From Amoebophrya sp. A120 (Eukaryota; Protista; Dinoflagellata), in assembly GCA_905178155.1 (NCBI GenBank), contig CAJINV010000001.1, positions 11,639,832-11,703,831 of the forward strand: 64,000 nucleotides of DNA. The letters are read 5' to 3'. Shown in pieces: positions 12,758 through 23,612 of the stretch. Position 1 is the stretch's first letter; every line of letters begins with the position of its first letter. The notes below the pieces were generated by a model. That model made no database searches. It was not told the origin of the DNA and was given only the letters and a program-made list of their open reading frames with translations. The position numbers and the translations under genes are program-made.

Positions 12758-13993
12758 ATTGTAATCGAACGTATGAAAACGGAAAATGGTGTGGGTCGTG
12801 CGGCGAACTACTTCGATCTTGTTCGTGAAGCACAAAGCAGATACTTATTCACCCTGCCCAAGAATTGCATTGCAGTTCACCCTTGCTGTAGTGGTCTCAG
12901 TCTTGCAGAGTTGGAACCTTTATTGTCATGTGGCATTGCGCAGCTGCAGTCTCTAGGTGTGGGTGCGTCTGTCGAATCGAGTGTCAATATGATTCCCCCG
13001 TTTTCGACAGTCCTGCAACCACAATGCGCGATCAGTTCAAAATGTCCCAACTGAGACAGACCTACGAATGTTTTTCGTTTTCATACGACGTCGTGGTGGC
13101 AGTGTACTCTTTCTCTTCGTTGTTCTTATCGGCGGAATCGCCGTCGTTTGGATTGGCGCAGGCCCTGTGAGGGAGAACATAGTACCAACAAATGATTTTT
13201 TCGGTCATCAAAACAACACTGAACAAACTTGAACTTCAATACAGTGTTATCCAATCGAAAAAACAAATATGATGTATTATGATTCTTACTTCGCCTCCGT
13301 TTCTTCCGCCGCTGGAGAGGGGTACGCGAAGAACTCCATTTTGGAAAGTAAGTTTTCGATCTGTTTTTCTCGCGGGCTTCTGGAAGTCCAGGTCGTCCTC
13401 GTCTCGTAAGTAGTTGTCCAACAGTATTGATTTTTTGAAACTGCACTCTTCTTGCCGTACTTTTCAGTACAGATCTTAGTCCGCACCTTCGTAAAGCCAC
13501 GGAGCAAGGAAGTTTATTTCCTAGATTTTTTATATTGTATATCAGATTGCACTTCGCGGGAAATGTTGACCCCAACGGCACGGTGCAGGTGGCCGGTGTG
13601 AAGATCATCGTTTTGACCAAGTGCAAAGAACAGAAGACGTGCACCGACGCACACACAAAACAGACCACCACTGACCGGCACAAAGAAGGTCGCAGCTGAT
13701 GGAAAACAAAAAAAGAGAAAAAACTGACCGAGGAGAGAGGACGACTCTGTTGTAGCCGGATGGCAACCTAACGTTTAACAGGCGCACAAATGTAACCAAC
13801 TAGCTGAACACCGCTGTTTCGAAACAATCCATTTGTGTTTACTGGACAGAGTCAGTGTTTAGTTTTTTCTTCAAAAATATAGAAAAAAGTTCACTGGGAT
13901 CCAGTGTCTAGCCCTCTGTTTGGTCTCGCCTGCCTCTAAGCACCGAGAGGGTGTTCATCTTCTGCTTTTCTGCTGATTGCATAGCGAAACCTT

Positions 13994-14021
13994 AAGCAAG
14001 CAAGCAAGCAAGCAAGCAAGC
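13994..14021. repeat. Microsatellite (AAGC)7
   Basis: Seven perfect AAGC units read directly. Confidence 0.95.
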
Positions 14022-14654
14022 AGGCTCTCTTGATTCGCCAGGTCCGGTAGTGAGTATCTAGCTTTGCTCGATTCGAAAACTCTGCAAACTGCTGTGCGTA
14101 ATTGATGTCTTCACAAAAAATGGATATACTTTCTCGGGGGGTCATTTACTTGAGGCTTGTGGTGCTTCTGACTGTTTGGGATACAGAGGGTGATTTCCGT
14201 GAGGCATGATGAGCAGGAGTCGAAACTCGTTTATTATCTTAAAGAGATGAAACGTTATGAATAATGAAGGCTACCATTTTCTGTACAACTACAACACACG
14301 TGAAACACGGTGAGACTATGAAGGAGACAGGATCAAAACATAGGCTGCAATGCAAAAAGCTAATAAAAGCATAAAGGTTGCCACTCCATACATAAAAACA
14401 GGTATGATTGACAAGCTGTTGGAATTGGACATGCCATTGCTTGAAAGGTTTGCGCGACAAAGATTGAAACTGTGACATCAGCATGCTGGTCATCAGTAAA
14501 GCTTCTGGTGGTCTTCTCTTGTTGGTGACTACGAAAATGAAAACAAACAATGAAATCGAAATCAAAGTACAACTTCCGATTGTTGATGTAGATGTTGTCT
14601 GATGCAACCTGTGTGTTGTACACAGACAAGTTGTTGTAGGGAAGTAGGAGCAAG

Positions 14655-15695
14655 TTACTTTCCTATTTTTCCCTTCATGCACTCCAACGCCTTGGCATAG
14701 CCGCCTTTGTCGCCGCTTGACTCGTACGCCTTCATCGCAGCCATGTTTGTCCCTTCGACATTCATCAGGTCACACAACTCGTCCGCTTTGTCCGGTTTGT
14801 TTTCCATCGCGCCGGCAAAGGCCCACTGGCAGACACACCAGTGCTCAATTGGGCACTTTTGATCCGGGTGTTCGTGGCAAGGGTGTTCCTCCCCACACCA
14901 GTTCGGCTGCCCGGTAATCTGTGCAGTTGTTGTATAAATTGATTTTCGACATTCACAAATGCTAAGCACCATAAAACTACTAGAAGTAGAGCCGAGCCTT
15001 ATGTTCCTGTTGTCACATTGCGCTGACAAGTACTGCATCACATCAGCGGGCAAAATTATCGCGAGGACTGACAACTAATAACTTCGTCCAAGCCTCGTGC
15101 CAAAGTCTGAAAATCAAAGCTCCAGTACATAGTTAAGAAGTACATAGCTGTAGAACTTCAAGTCCAGGTAATTGCGACAGATGAAACGGAAACCAAAAAA
15201 CCAAAATGAGATATGCATTTCTTGAAGTGCTTCCTTACAAAAGAACTCAGCACACTGTACCTGGCAGAAGTTTTCGCTGTAGCCCTTCATGTTGATGCAG
15301 ATGTGGTGGCTGCCGGCGTCGTCGTTCTGCTCCGTGCAGTACCCATCGCGAGTGAAGCCAGTCTCGGCTTCGGTGGATTTCTGCGCGCACGGCTGGAGAT
15401 TGTCTCCCTTGATGTTCTTGAAGTTGCCGGAGCCGTGTTGTTCCTCCGTGACACTCTGCCCCGCCGTGATTGTGTGATTTCCCGGGGCCGCGGGTCCGTC
15501 GTCCTGCATGAACACGATTCCGGATTCCTTCCCCTGACCGTGTCCCAGCTTGCGGTCCACAACAGTAGCGGGCTGCAACAGATTCTTGCGGACGTTGTTC
15601 GGGATCACCACTGCCGCGTCGGTCGCAGCCGGGCCAGCGAGAAAAAAACCAGCGACCCGCAGCCCAGCAGCGCACTTCATTGTCTGCAGGAACAT
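14655..15695 (-). CDS. DUF2237-family protein with probable signal peptide, ~232 aa, 2 exons
   Basis: Exons 15695-15261 and 14918-14655 (intron CAG|GTACAG...CACAG|ATT). Motifs NIKGDNLQPC, TGFTRDGYC, GSHHIC, HWCVCQW and EGTNMAA match the DUF2237 pattern (NVLGEPLQPC, TGFFRDGYC, HTVC, RWCLCASRW, ATHERA). The N-terminus is hydrophobic. Confidence 0.8.
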
Positions 15696-16489
15696 GTTGG
15701 TGTAAGACTAAGACTTGGTTGAAACTCGGGGAAGTAGTTGTACGGGAAGCTACAGGGGGTGAGGACAAGAAGGGATGCGGGAGACTGTATTCCTGGCTGT
15801 GCAAAAAAAAAACGAATCGGTAGCTGCATCGGTCTAGCACTATCCAATGACGAAATAAATAGAAGTTTTTTTACTTTACGAGATCAAAATCATACACATA
15901 TCGCTTACGCATACGCGGGACGACGATAACTGATACTGGATTTCACGACTAAACCAGAGGTACGACGTACGGAAAGACGTTTCAAATCACGACATTTCTT
16001 GTACGGAGGACAGGTAGGCACGATAAAGGACTTTTTACCGACACCGATGACAGGACATCACAACGACCGGAAACGAACGCTAAGAATCATACCGATCAGA
16101 AATACACGAATCACCGACCCGAGGACAGAGAGTACCGAGTGCCGAAGCGGATACCGGGGTACAAACCATAGGAAATACCGAGTTTTTTCTCTTGGGTTGG
16201 GCAGTGCTTTTCCTACATGCGCTTGCGGTTTTGTTTCAACCTGAAAAACAATCTACAAACTCTTGATGTGTTTGCGCATCAGCAAAGAAATGTCATGCAT
16301 TTTTTGCATCTACGTCGAAAAAACCATGGAAAATGTGATTGCGGAAATGCTGCGGCCACAACTCTGTGTGTTTGTATATGATTCTTCTTGTTACTTAGCT
16401 TCATTTTTTTCTATGATTTTTCGAATTTCGATTTCAACGAGCAAGGAAGTGGATTCTCGCGCATATCAAAGTGCATACAGCCGGCGAAT

Positions 16490-18811
16490 TTACCGGTCCC
16501 AGGTTGCCAGCGCTCTCCTTTCGTCCTCGTCGGAAGAGTCATCGCCGCAACATGGGCCCGATCCCCGAAGTGCTGTCGAGGGTAGCCGTTTCACCGGAGA
16601 TTGCGAAGTGTAGCTTTGATGGTGGCCACCATAATTCGGTTTGCTCAGTGTTGGCGGCGATCTGTTGTGCCCTCGTGTCGTCGTGTTTTGCTGTTGTACA
16701 TGATGCTCCGGGCGGAACGGATGCTGATGCGGGTCCGGCGACCAATGATTCGAAGAAAGCGCTGCTGCTCTGGTGTTTGTTCCATTTGATGTGCCTGGGA
16801 TCGCTATGTTCACGTGTCCGCCGCCTCCGCGCGTGCGCGTTACGATGGCGGTTGCGCGTGGCCGCCGGGCGGACTCGTTTTCGTCCACGACCGAGACAAA
16901 GCTGGAGAGTTCCAGCTTTCCGTCCTGCTGAGGGAAGTCGAAAAACGTGACGCCTTCGCTGCTGCCAATCAGAAGCCGGGGCCCAGGGAAGCAGCTGGCA
17001 TCGGTGACCTGACCGACCGTGTGGTCGCGCAAGGGCATGGAATAGCTGCTCCGCGGTTGGACCATCTCGTTGGCGTATTCGTCGTGTTTGTTGTACGTGT
17101 ACACCGACAGCGTCCCGTCGATCGCAATAATCGCGAACCGGAAGTCCTCTTCCGCGGTCGGCGCCATCAGCCAGGCGACACTCGCGGCGGACGGTAGGGA
17201 CGCAATGCGCGCGGGTATGCAGTAGATCAAGGTGAACGTCGGGTTCTCAGATCTAACACCCGGGGGTTGGAGAATCCCGCACGCCACGTCCGTGCTGGCG
17301 CCGTCCAGGAGAATGAGACCAAAAGTGGAACTGCCCGAAAAGGATCCGCCGTTAGAGACAGACGAAAATGATTTCACCGCGACGTCAGCAACCTCGGCAT
17401 GATTTGCAATTTTTGCGCGCCGACGAAAATCTTCGGCATGTCGTGGCGAGGCCCCGCGCTGGAGCGGAAAGATCTTCACCGCATTTCCGCGCTGGCGCAA
17501 CGCCCGCCACCGTTCGTGCGGGGCGTACTCGAGTAGTCGTATCCCGCCATCGGAGCAACCCGCGATCGCCCGCGTGCCACCCTCATCGCTTTTCAGTTGC
17601 CTCAAAACAGTGGCCATCACTACTGTCCCCGATGTCGACGTCCCATTTGCGGGCAGGAGCGGCACTTCGCCTGTGACCCGCTGGGAAGTAAGCGAGTATA
17701 GCCAGCACTTCCCCTCCGCACTGCCGAAGAGCAGAATCTTATGAGTTTCGCCATCAAACAGGAGCGCCGTAATTGCCGGCTTATTGTTATTGCCAGCGTC
17801 GATCGTCGGAGAGTTGGACAAGAGATTTGTCGAAGAAGTCGCTGTGGACGGGGACGACGCACTCGCTGTCGTGCCTGTACTATTGCTCGCGCAAATGTCT
17901 GGCAGGTACATGTCTTGCAGTCCCCGCGTTTGTAGACGCTGGTGTGTCTCGGAAATGGTGCCGGTCGCCACGTGCCGCCCCGCTTTCCGGTGCACGATTT
18001 CGCCGTTCTCCAGACCCGCGAACACGTCGGTGGAATCGCTCGCGACGCAATTGATCGCCGACGGCAGACTGACGGACCACAACTGTTCCGAATCCTTGTT
18101 ACCGCCGCGGGCCCGCCACATCGTCAACGCGGAAACTGCCCTCGAGTGGCTACTTGTACTGCTCCGTCCGTTCGACAGCGCTAGCGGTGGCGAGTTGGTC
18201 GGTAGGCTGGACGCCAGCCGCGCAGAAGAGCTATCGGCGGAGCCACCAGTTGTTCCTTCCGTCGCTGCCAGCAAAGTTCCGTCGTCAGAATTGTAGGAGA
18301 ATGCCACCACGTTCTTCGTTCGCACCAGCGCAACCGGAACGGGGAGTGGCACCGCCGCCGCGGCGTTTCGCGCAACCGCCTTTTCGCGCTTCACCCTTGC
18401 CGTTACGGCTTCGAGCTGCAGCAGCCTCTGCACGGGCGCCAACGCCACCAGCGCCGGGCGGTGGCACAATTCCAGGAAGTACTCCTCGAGGTCTTGGGAC
18501 CTCCCCTGCAGGAAGGGCCCGTCGAACCGTCGGGTGGTAGTTTTGGGCGGGAGCGCGGGCAATCGCAGATCGGAGCTCGTGATCTGCTGCAGGCGGTCGT
18601 GCATCGCCTGGACGTCACTGTACCGCACTTGCACCTTGTGGACGTCGGTTCTGTGCGCGTTAGTGTGTATTTCAACTTTCAACGTGTACAACACATATTG
18701 CCGTCCACTCACCCCCGCGGGAAGAACGCCCTGCAGCAAAGACTCAGCCTTTGCCTTCACAATGTCAAAGCGGTCCACGGAGACGGAGAGGCCGGGTGAG
18801 GAAGTAGCCAT
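16490..18811 (-). CDS. PX (phox homology) domain protein with C-terminal WD40-like beta-propeller region
   Basis: Single long ORF. PX signature YVLYTLKV...VRYSDVQAMHDRL...LPALPPK...FLQGRSQDLEEYFLEL is followed by WD-like segments (VFAGLENGEI, LLFGSAEGKCWLY, AIAGCSDGGIRLL). Confidence 0.75.
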   Translation of the reverse strand: MATSSPGLSVSVDRFDIVKAKAESLLQGVLPAGVSGRQYVLYTLKVEIHTNAHRTDVHKVQVRYSDVQAMHDRLQQITSSDLRLPALPPKTTTRRFDGPFLQGRSQDLEEYFLELCHRPALVALAPVQRLLQLEAVTARVKREKAVARNAAAAVPLPVPVALVRTKNVVAFSYNSDDGTLLAATEGTTGGSADSSSARLASSLPTNSPPLALSNGRSSTSSHSRAVSALTMWRARGGNKDSEQLWSVSLPSAINCVASDSTDVFAGLENGEIVHRKAGRHVATGTISETHQRLQTRGLQDMYLPDICASNSTGTTASASSPSTATSSTNLLSNSPTIDAGNNNKPAITALLFDGETHKILLFGSAEGKCWLYSLTSQRVTGEVPLLPANGTSTSGTVVMATVLRQLKSDEGGTRAIAGCSDGGIRLLEYAPHERWRALRQRGNAVKIFPLQRGASPRHAEDFRRRAKIANHAEVADVAVKSFSSVSNGGSFSGSSTFGLILLDGASTDVACGILQPPGVRSENPTFTLIYCIPARIASLPSAASVAWLMAPTAEEDFRFAIIAIDGTLSVYTYNKHDEYANEMVQPRSSYSMPLRDHTVGQVTDASCFPGPRLLIGSSEGVTFFDFPQQDGKLELSSFVSVVDENESARRPRATAIVTRTRGGGGHVNIAIPGTSNGTNTRAAALSSNHWSPDPHQHPFRPEHHVQQQNTTTRGHNRSPPTLSKPNYGGHHQSYTSQSPVKRLPSTALRGSGPCCGDDSSDEDERRALATWDR

Positions 18812-19643
18812 GTTTCTGCGCGAGCAGGTGTGACGAGAAACAAGTAGTTCCAACTTCGATTTCCTTGGAAGCAATATTAAGCTGCCTGCTGAAAAGTCTG
18901 CGGCGAAAGAAAAAAAACTTTACTTTCATGTGCTTTTTTTTGAGTTAGACACGAAACACAGTACAATCTCGTTGGAGCTCTTGCGAGCGAGACAGAGTGA
19001 TTGTGATCCAGAACCAGAGTCCACATACGAACAAACGCGCGCAAGAACGCGATCAAGTTTCGAAGGAAAAATGAACAACTCCGAGGCGAAGCAAAACGAA
19101 AACGGATCATTCAATGCCATGAACAGACCTCGATATCTACGCGTCAGCGACCGGGGCGCAATGCTCTTATTTCACTTGCATGCATAAGCATATAACATAA
19201 AAATCATCGATCTTCACGAGCATCACGGCATCAAGTCGCCGCTCGCATCGGTCAAGCACTAACTAGATCAAGATCATCAGCTGCATCCTGTCTCTCAGCT
19301 GCCTCTCACCGGAGCCTAGCCGTGCGGAACAACACGCTAGTAGAGAGCACACCTACGCGTCCGGATTTTGCGAGTACGCTGAAACGGAACAGAAATGTTT
19401 GGCGAATAAATCGAAGCTCTTGTTGAAAAACTTGCAAGCACTTGATGACTCTGTCTGTACATTCGCATTCGGTTGCGGGGATTTGTGTTCACATTCATTT
19501 ACATATGCTACTCGTGCACGTACTACTGGACTACTGTGTTGCTGTTCGTGAGATGATCTTCATGAATGTCGCGGTCGCTTGTTGATGATATGTTTCTTGT
19601 ATGAAAAGTTGCAGAAAAATCACTCGGACGCCAAATGCGGTAC

Positions 19644-21281
19644 CTACGGTGCCTGTAGAGTGTCAAGATATTGCTCTAATGTGGGGGCGCGAATTTGGTG
19701 TGTCGGGGCATGTCGCAATTCCTTCCAAGGGCAGACATGAAGAAATTGAATCTTTTCTTCGTCGTCGGTTATGAAAGTCATCAGCTCTTTTGCCGTCGGA
19801 ATTGATGGCACCGGTGCTTTTGCGTTTCCCGCTTTCCCTTCGTTCACGGTAGCAGCAGCCTTGGGCCATTCGCCAACCTTTATTGCGTTTGCGCCTGTCG
19901 CGCCAGAGCCTGCCAAATCATCGCAAGCAGGAGCCGTACCTGACACGTCAACATACTTCTCGGTTTGCTCTTTTCGCTCTTGCACCATTGATCGTACGAT
20001 GCGACGAATGGTCGCTTTTTCATCCTCTATTGACGGTGCATTTTGTGCCTGGGCTTTGCTCTGGTCCGCCACTCTTTTCTTGGCGAATAACGTCTCAAAT
20101 ATGTGCCAGCCGACTGCCACGCCGACTGGGCCTATTTCGCTCAGGATGCGGTTCGCAACCTCAAGCTCTTCGCGGGTTCCACTCCCGGAGACGGATACCA
20201 AGCGCACCATATTGCGCATATACCTGGTGAAAAGGCTCAGGTGCTCCTTCCGACTGCGCTGCACGTGATAAGCGTTGTCGGGCTGTTTCTGTTCGGCAGA
20301 CATGCTGCCGTCGGTTGCTTCTTTGCCAGTGTTCATCAACGACTCCGTGCAAGCAGCGCCGCACCAGGGCCAACACAACGCACACCAAGGCTCAGATTGG
20401 TCTGCCGCAGGCTGCTTCTTCTGAGACTGCAGCTCTGGTATTGTATCCGGAGACGCAATGGCGCTGTTGGCTGACTGTGCATCGTGCCAGAGGTAGTATT
20501 TCTTTTTCGCCTGCTTGTGCGGGAAGTGCATGAAGGCTTCCGCGTGTCCGCCGGCTTTTCTCGCTGCTTTCACTAGGACGTCGATGCAACCAGGGGACCC
20601 GGGAACCGGGTAAAACTGGTAAATGCCGCAGGCGCCGACCCGGGCAGCATCCACGAAGAATCGTTCGATCGGATCTGGCTTGGTGGCCTCGACAGCGACT
20701 GCTCGCGGGTCAATTTGGTCTGTGCTTCCGCGGCTTTGGTTAGACGGGGATTGCTTCTGACGTTTGGGAGACGGTTCACTGTCGCCAACGATCTCGTTTT
20801 TGTCGTCCCGGTTCACATTTCCTTCGTTCGTGGTGCCAACGGCGAAAAGCCACTGCAGGGCACTGATTGACAAAATCTGGTCTGCAACCCCGTCCCGGAA
20901 TGGCAACACGGCGCCGAAACAGTCACACAGAACGCGCTCTTCTCGTCGCCTTGTCTTGTCATTGATGCGAAGCATCTCGCTGCTACGATCCAGCCCGATC
21001 ATGTAACTTTGCGGAGAAATTTGTTCCTGGAAACATTTCGTCGACAAGCCGGACCCGCAGCCGAGTTCAAGAGTTACAGGGACTGAAAGGGATTGCCTTC
21101 CTTTTGCAATTCCGTCACTCGATGCTATTTGCTGCTGTACTCGCCGCTCCAAGTGCCACCCAGCGACCTTGGTGAGTTGCTCCTGTGTGTCCTTTGTCTG
21201 CTCGTGATACAATTCGGCGCGCTGGCGGTAGTAAGCGTCGGCCCTACCGAAGGAAATATTTTCAGGTGCTTTCTCAGCCAT
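19644..21281 (-). CDS. BUD23: BUD23/WBSCR22-like SAM-dependent methyltransferase (18S rRNA guanine-N7 type)
   Basis: 545-aa ORF with motifs LELGCGSGLS, IGLDRSSEML, LPFRDGVADQILSISALQWL, QFYP and AKKKYYL typical of BUD23. The C-terminal half is atypical, so it may be a paralogue. Confidence 0.7.
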   Translation of the reverse strand: MAEKAPENISFGRADAYYRQRAELYHEQTKDTQEQLTKVAGWHLERRVQQQIASSDGIAKGRQSLSVPVTLELGCGSGLSTKCFQEQISPQSYMIGLDRSSEMLRINDKTRRREERVLCDCFGAVLPFRDGVADQILSISALQWLFAVGTTNEGNVNRDDKNEIVGDSEPSPKRQKQSPSNQSRGSTDQIDPRAVAVEATKPDPIERFFVDAARVGACGIYQFYPVPGSPGCIDVLVKAARKAGGHAEAFMHFPHKQAKKKYYLWHDAQSANSAIASPDTIPELQSQKKQPAADQSEPWCALCWPWCGAACTESLMNTGKEATDGSMSAEQKQPDNAYHVQRSRKEHLSLFTRYMRNMVRLVSVSGSGTREELEVANRILSEIGPVGVAVGWHIFETLFAKKRVADQSKAQAQNAPSIEDEKATIRRIVRSMVQERKEQTEKYVDVSGTAPACDDLAGSGATGANAIKVGEWPKAAATVNEGKAGNAKAPVPSIPTAKELMTFITDDEEKIQFLHVCPWKELRHAPTHQIRAPTLEQYLDTLQAP

Positions 21282-21629
21282 TTTTTATTCATATTACATG
21301 TTTACAAATGACGCACAGGTGTAACTAATTGATTCGCAACAAGAGCAGAAGTTTGATCTCCATCTCGCTATCATACTATACATAGACTCACAACTGCTGA
21401 GCAAGTAGAACTAGAAGTCGACGGTTGAAAATAGTATACTCATACGAACCAACGGTGCCTGATCCAAAGCAAGGAGAAAGAGAGCGAGTACATGAACATC
21501 CTCATGCGGCTAGATTTCGATCACCTCCGCCTGCATACGCATCATGCCTTCTTATACTCTTGATGTTCCTGCTGTGCGGGTGTTGAAAAATTCAAACAGC
21601 ACACGCTTAGGATCACGGCAGTCCATCGA

Positions 21630-23560
21630 TGCCTGGCCTTGATCTTCAAAAACATTTCTCCATTTCAGTGGAACTCCTTCGACATGGTTGGACTCTTTAG
21701 AACATCGCAGCGGGATTGTCTGTTGTCATCTGATAATCCCATCGCGCGTGTGTATCACGTGACGCGGAAAAGCGCTCCACCCGAACACTACCAACACCGC
21801 TCCCAGCGAGCGTGGCCTCAGCAAGGCACGCCCCCGGACGAAAACATGACTGAGGGAGCAAGGGACGCGGGTGGTAGGGGCAATCACTTTGGAAATGGAA
21901 CCACGGAAAACCACTGGAACATCCTCGAGGGCCGGGCGCAGCCAATAACGCGCCACCACACTGCGCTGCCCCATGGGAAGGGGCGGGGCGGGCCGCGACA
22001 CTACCTAGAAACATGCGCGCGCCCTGTTTTGCTGCAACCCAAGGCAGTGCCACGCGCCAAAGGGCGGGCGCGAGTGCATGCTTGGCCCCCCCTGCGGCCG
22101 GGCGGCTCGCGTTGCCAGAGCAAGCGAGGGAGGCCGGGCGAGCAAACAAATACGCGCGCGGAGACGGGCCAGGCCCGTCGCAAGGGAAGTAAGGGCCAGC
22201 AAAGGAGGCACACCCCCGGAAGATAACACAGAGGGCGCGCCCCACCATCCTGCCGCAATGCCCTAGACCGGGGCGGCGGAGGCCTCGGCGCCATTGGCTC
22301 GCTTCGCCCCTTGCTGCGCCTGCTGCGGGCGGCCGGGGCGGCCAGGTGCGGAGACGGGGCGGCTGCTAGGCTACCACTTTGGCGGCGTAGCCTTTTGCCT
22401 CGGGCGCTTTTTTGGGGGGCGGACCCGCCGGCGGCGTCGCCGGCCGTGTTTTTCGTTGTCATCCGTCGGGCTTTCGTGTTGCCCTCCCACATCATCTCGC
22501 CAAGGGCCCGGCGGGCGTCGCCGCGGACGTGGCGACACCCAAAAGCCCCGCGGGGTGGCTTCCGCGCCAAACCCCCGGGGCCCCTCCGGTTGCGCCACTT
22601 CAAGGTCGCGCCACTTGCTGCACCAAACTACTGCGTGCCCGGGGGCTTCCGCGGCGAAGGGGCCAGCAACTGGGCGCTCTGCATTGCAATGCGCCCGGCC
22701 GGGCCGCCTCGTCTTCCTGCGGAAGCTGCGGAAAACCGGCGCGCGTCTTACTGCCGGGCAGGCGGCCGCATATTTCTGAACGCGGCCCTGCAAAGGCGTA
22801 GGCGTCCCACTTTCTCACACGCCCGAGCTCGGGGCCTCGCCCCCGGGCTGGCCGCGGCGGCACCCCCATAAACATAGGGCCGCCCCCTCGGGGCTGCGGG
22901 GGCAGCGCTTTAGCGCTCGGCAGCTGTCGCAATGGACACAACCCAAAGCGGACGGCGTTGCACGCCCTCCCCAAATTCGCGCGCGGCCTTTGTGGGCCAG
23001 GAAGTGGCGCCCCTGTGCGCCTTCGGCCAGCAGCGCGCGCCAACCCTCGGGCCGCAAAGCCGGGGCAGCCGGCAGGCTGCGGCTGCATACGCGCAGCCGG
23101 CTCGGCTCGCGCCCCTGCGAGAGTCCTCGCATGCCCTTGATGTACTCAGCGCCAAGGCCCCCGCGCAAATGCTTCGCGGCGCCCTCGCGGGATACGAACA
23201 ACGGGCGGCGCCGATTCGAATGGGTAGCCAAGGCGCGCCCGCCCCCTTTCCTACTGCGACCGCGGTGGTTCCTGGTCGAATCTGGCGGAGGGCCAGGTCC
23301 ACGTGATGGAACGGGGGTGAATATGTATCGCCAAGACGGGCGAAATTCCAAGCCGTTCTGCAAATCCCGATAAGCAACAGCCGCGAACACATTTCGATAA
23401 AGTGAACATCAACAAAGAAATTCAAGCACAACCTCGATGAGATCATGGAGGTTCCATCTAATGCACAGGGCAACGCGATTCGGTTTACGCTCAGCATCTT
23501 TATCTGACTGCAACAAGCATTTGGGTTTTCATTCACGTTCGACAGCCCAGCGACCACGAG
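21630..23560. repeat. GC-rich dispersed repeat / possible non-autonomous mobile element (copy A)
   Basis: Abrupt very GC-rich block between BUD23 and NLE1 with no protein-like ORF. It has colinear motif matches to the 30.3-31.1 kb block and an internal imperfect direct repeat (21819-21859 vs 22197-22238). Boundaries approximate. Confidence 0.6.
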
Positions 23561-23612
23561 CTCATCTTGTTTGTTGGAGAAATAACAGGTGGCTACAGGT
23601 CAGACTACAAAC

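Noticed and set aside
13030-14145. Possible small multi-exon gene between DUF2237 and the 12757 gene
   Set aside because: Short exon-like pieces exist (NYLRDEDDLDFQKP; NPNDGDSADKNNEEKEY), but no consistent spliced frame or homology could be established.
21639-23557. Many overlapping 120-215 aa ORFs on both strands in the GC-rich block
   Set aside because: Arg/Pro/Gly/Ala-rich translations reflect stop-codon scarcity at high GC. No transposase, RT or other domain was recognised.
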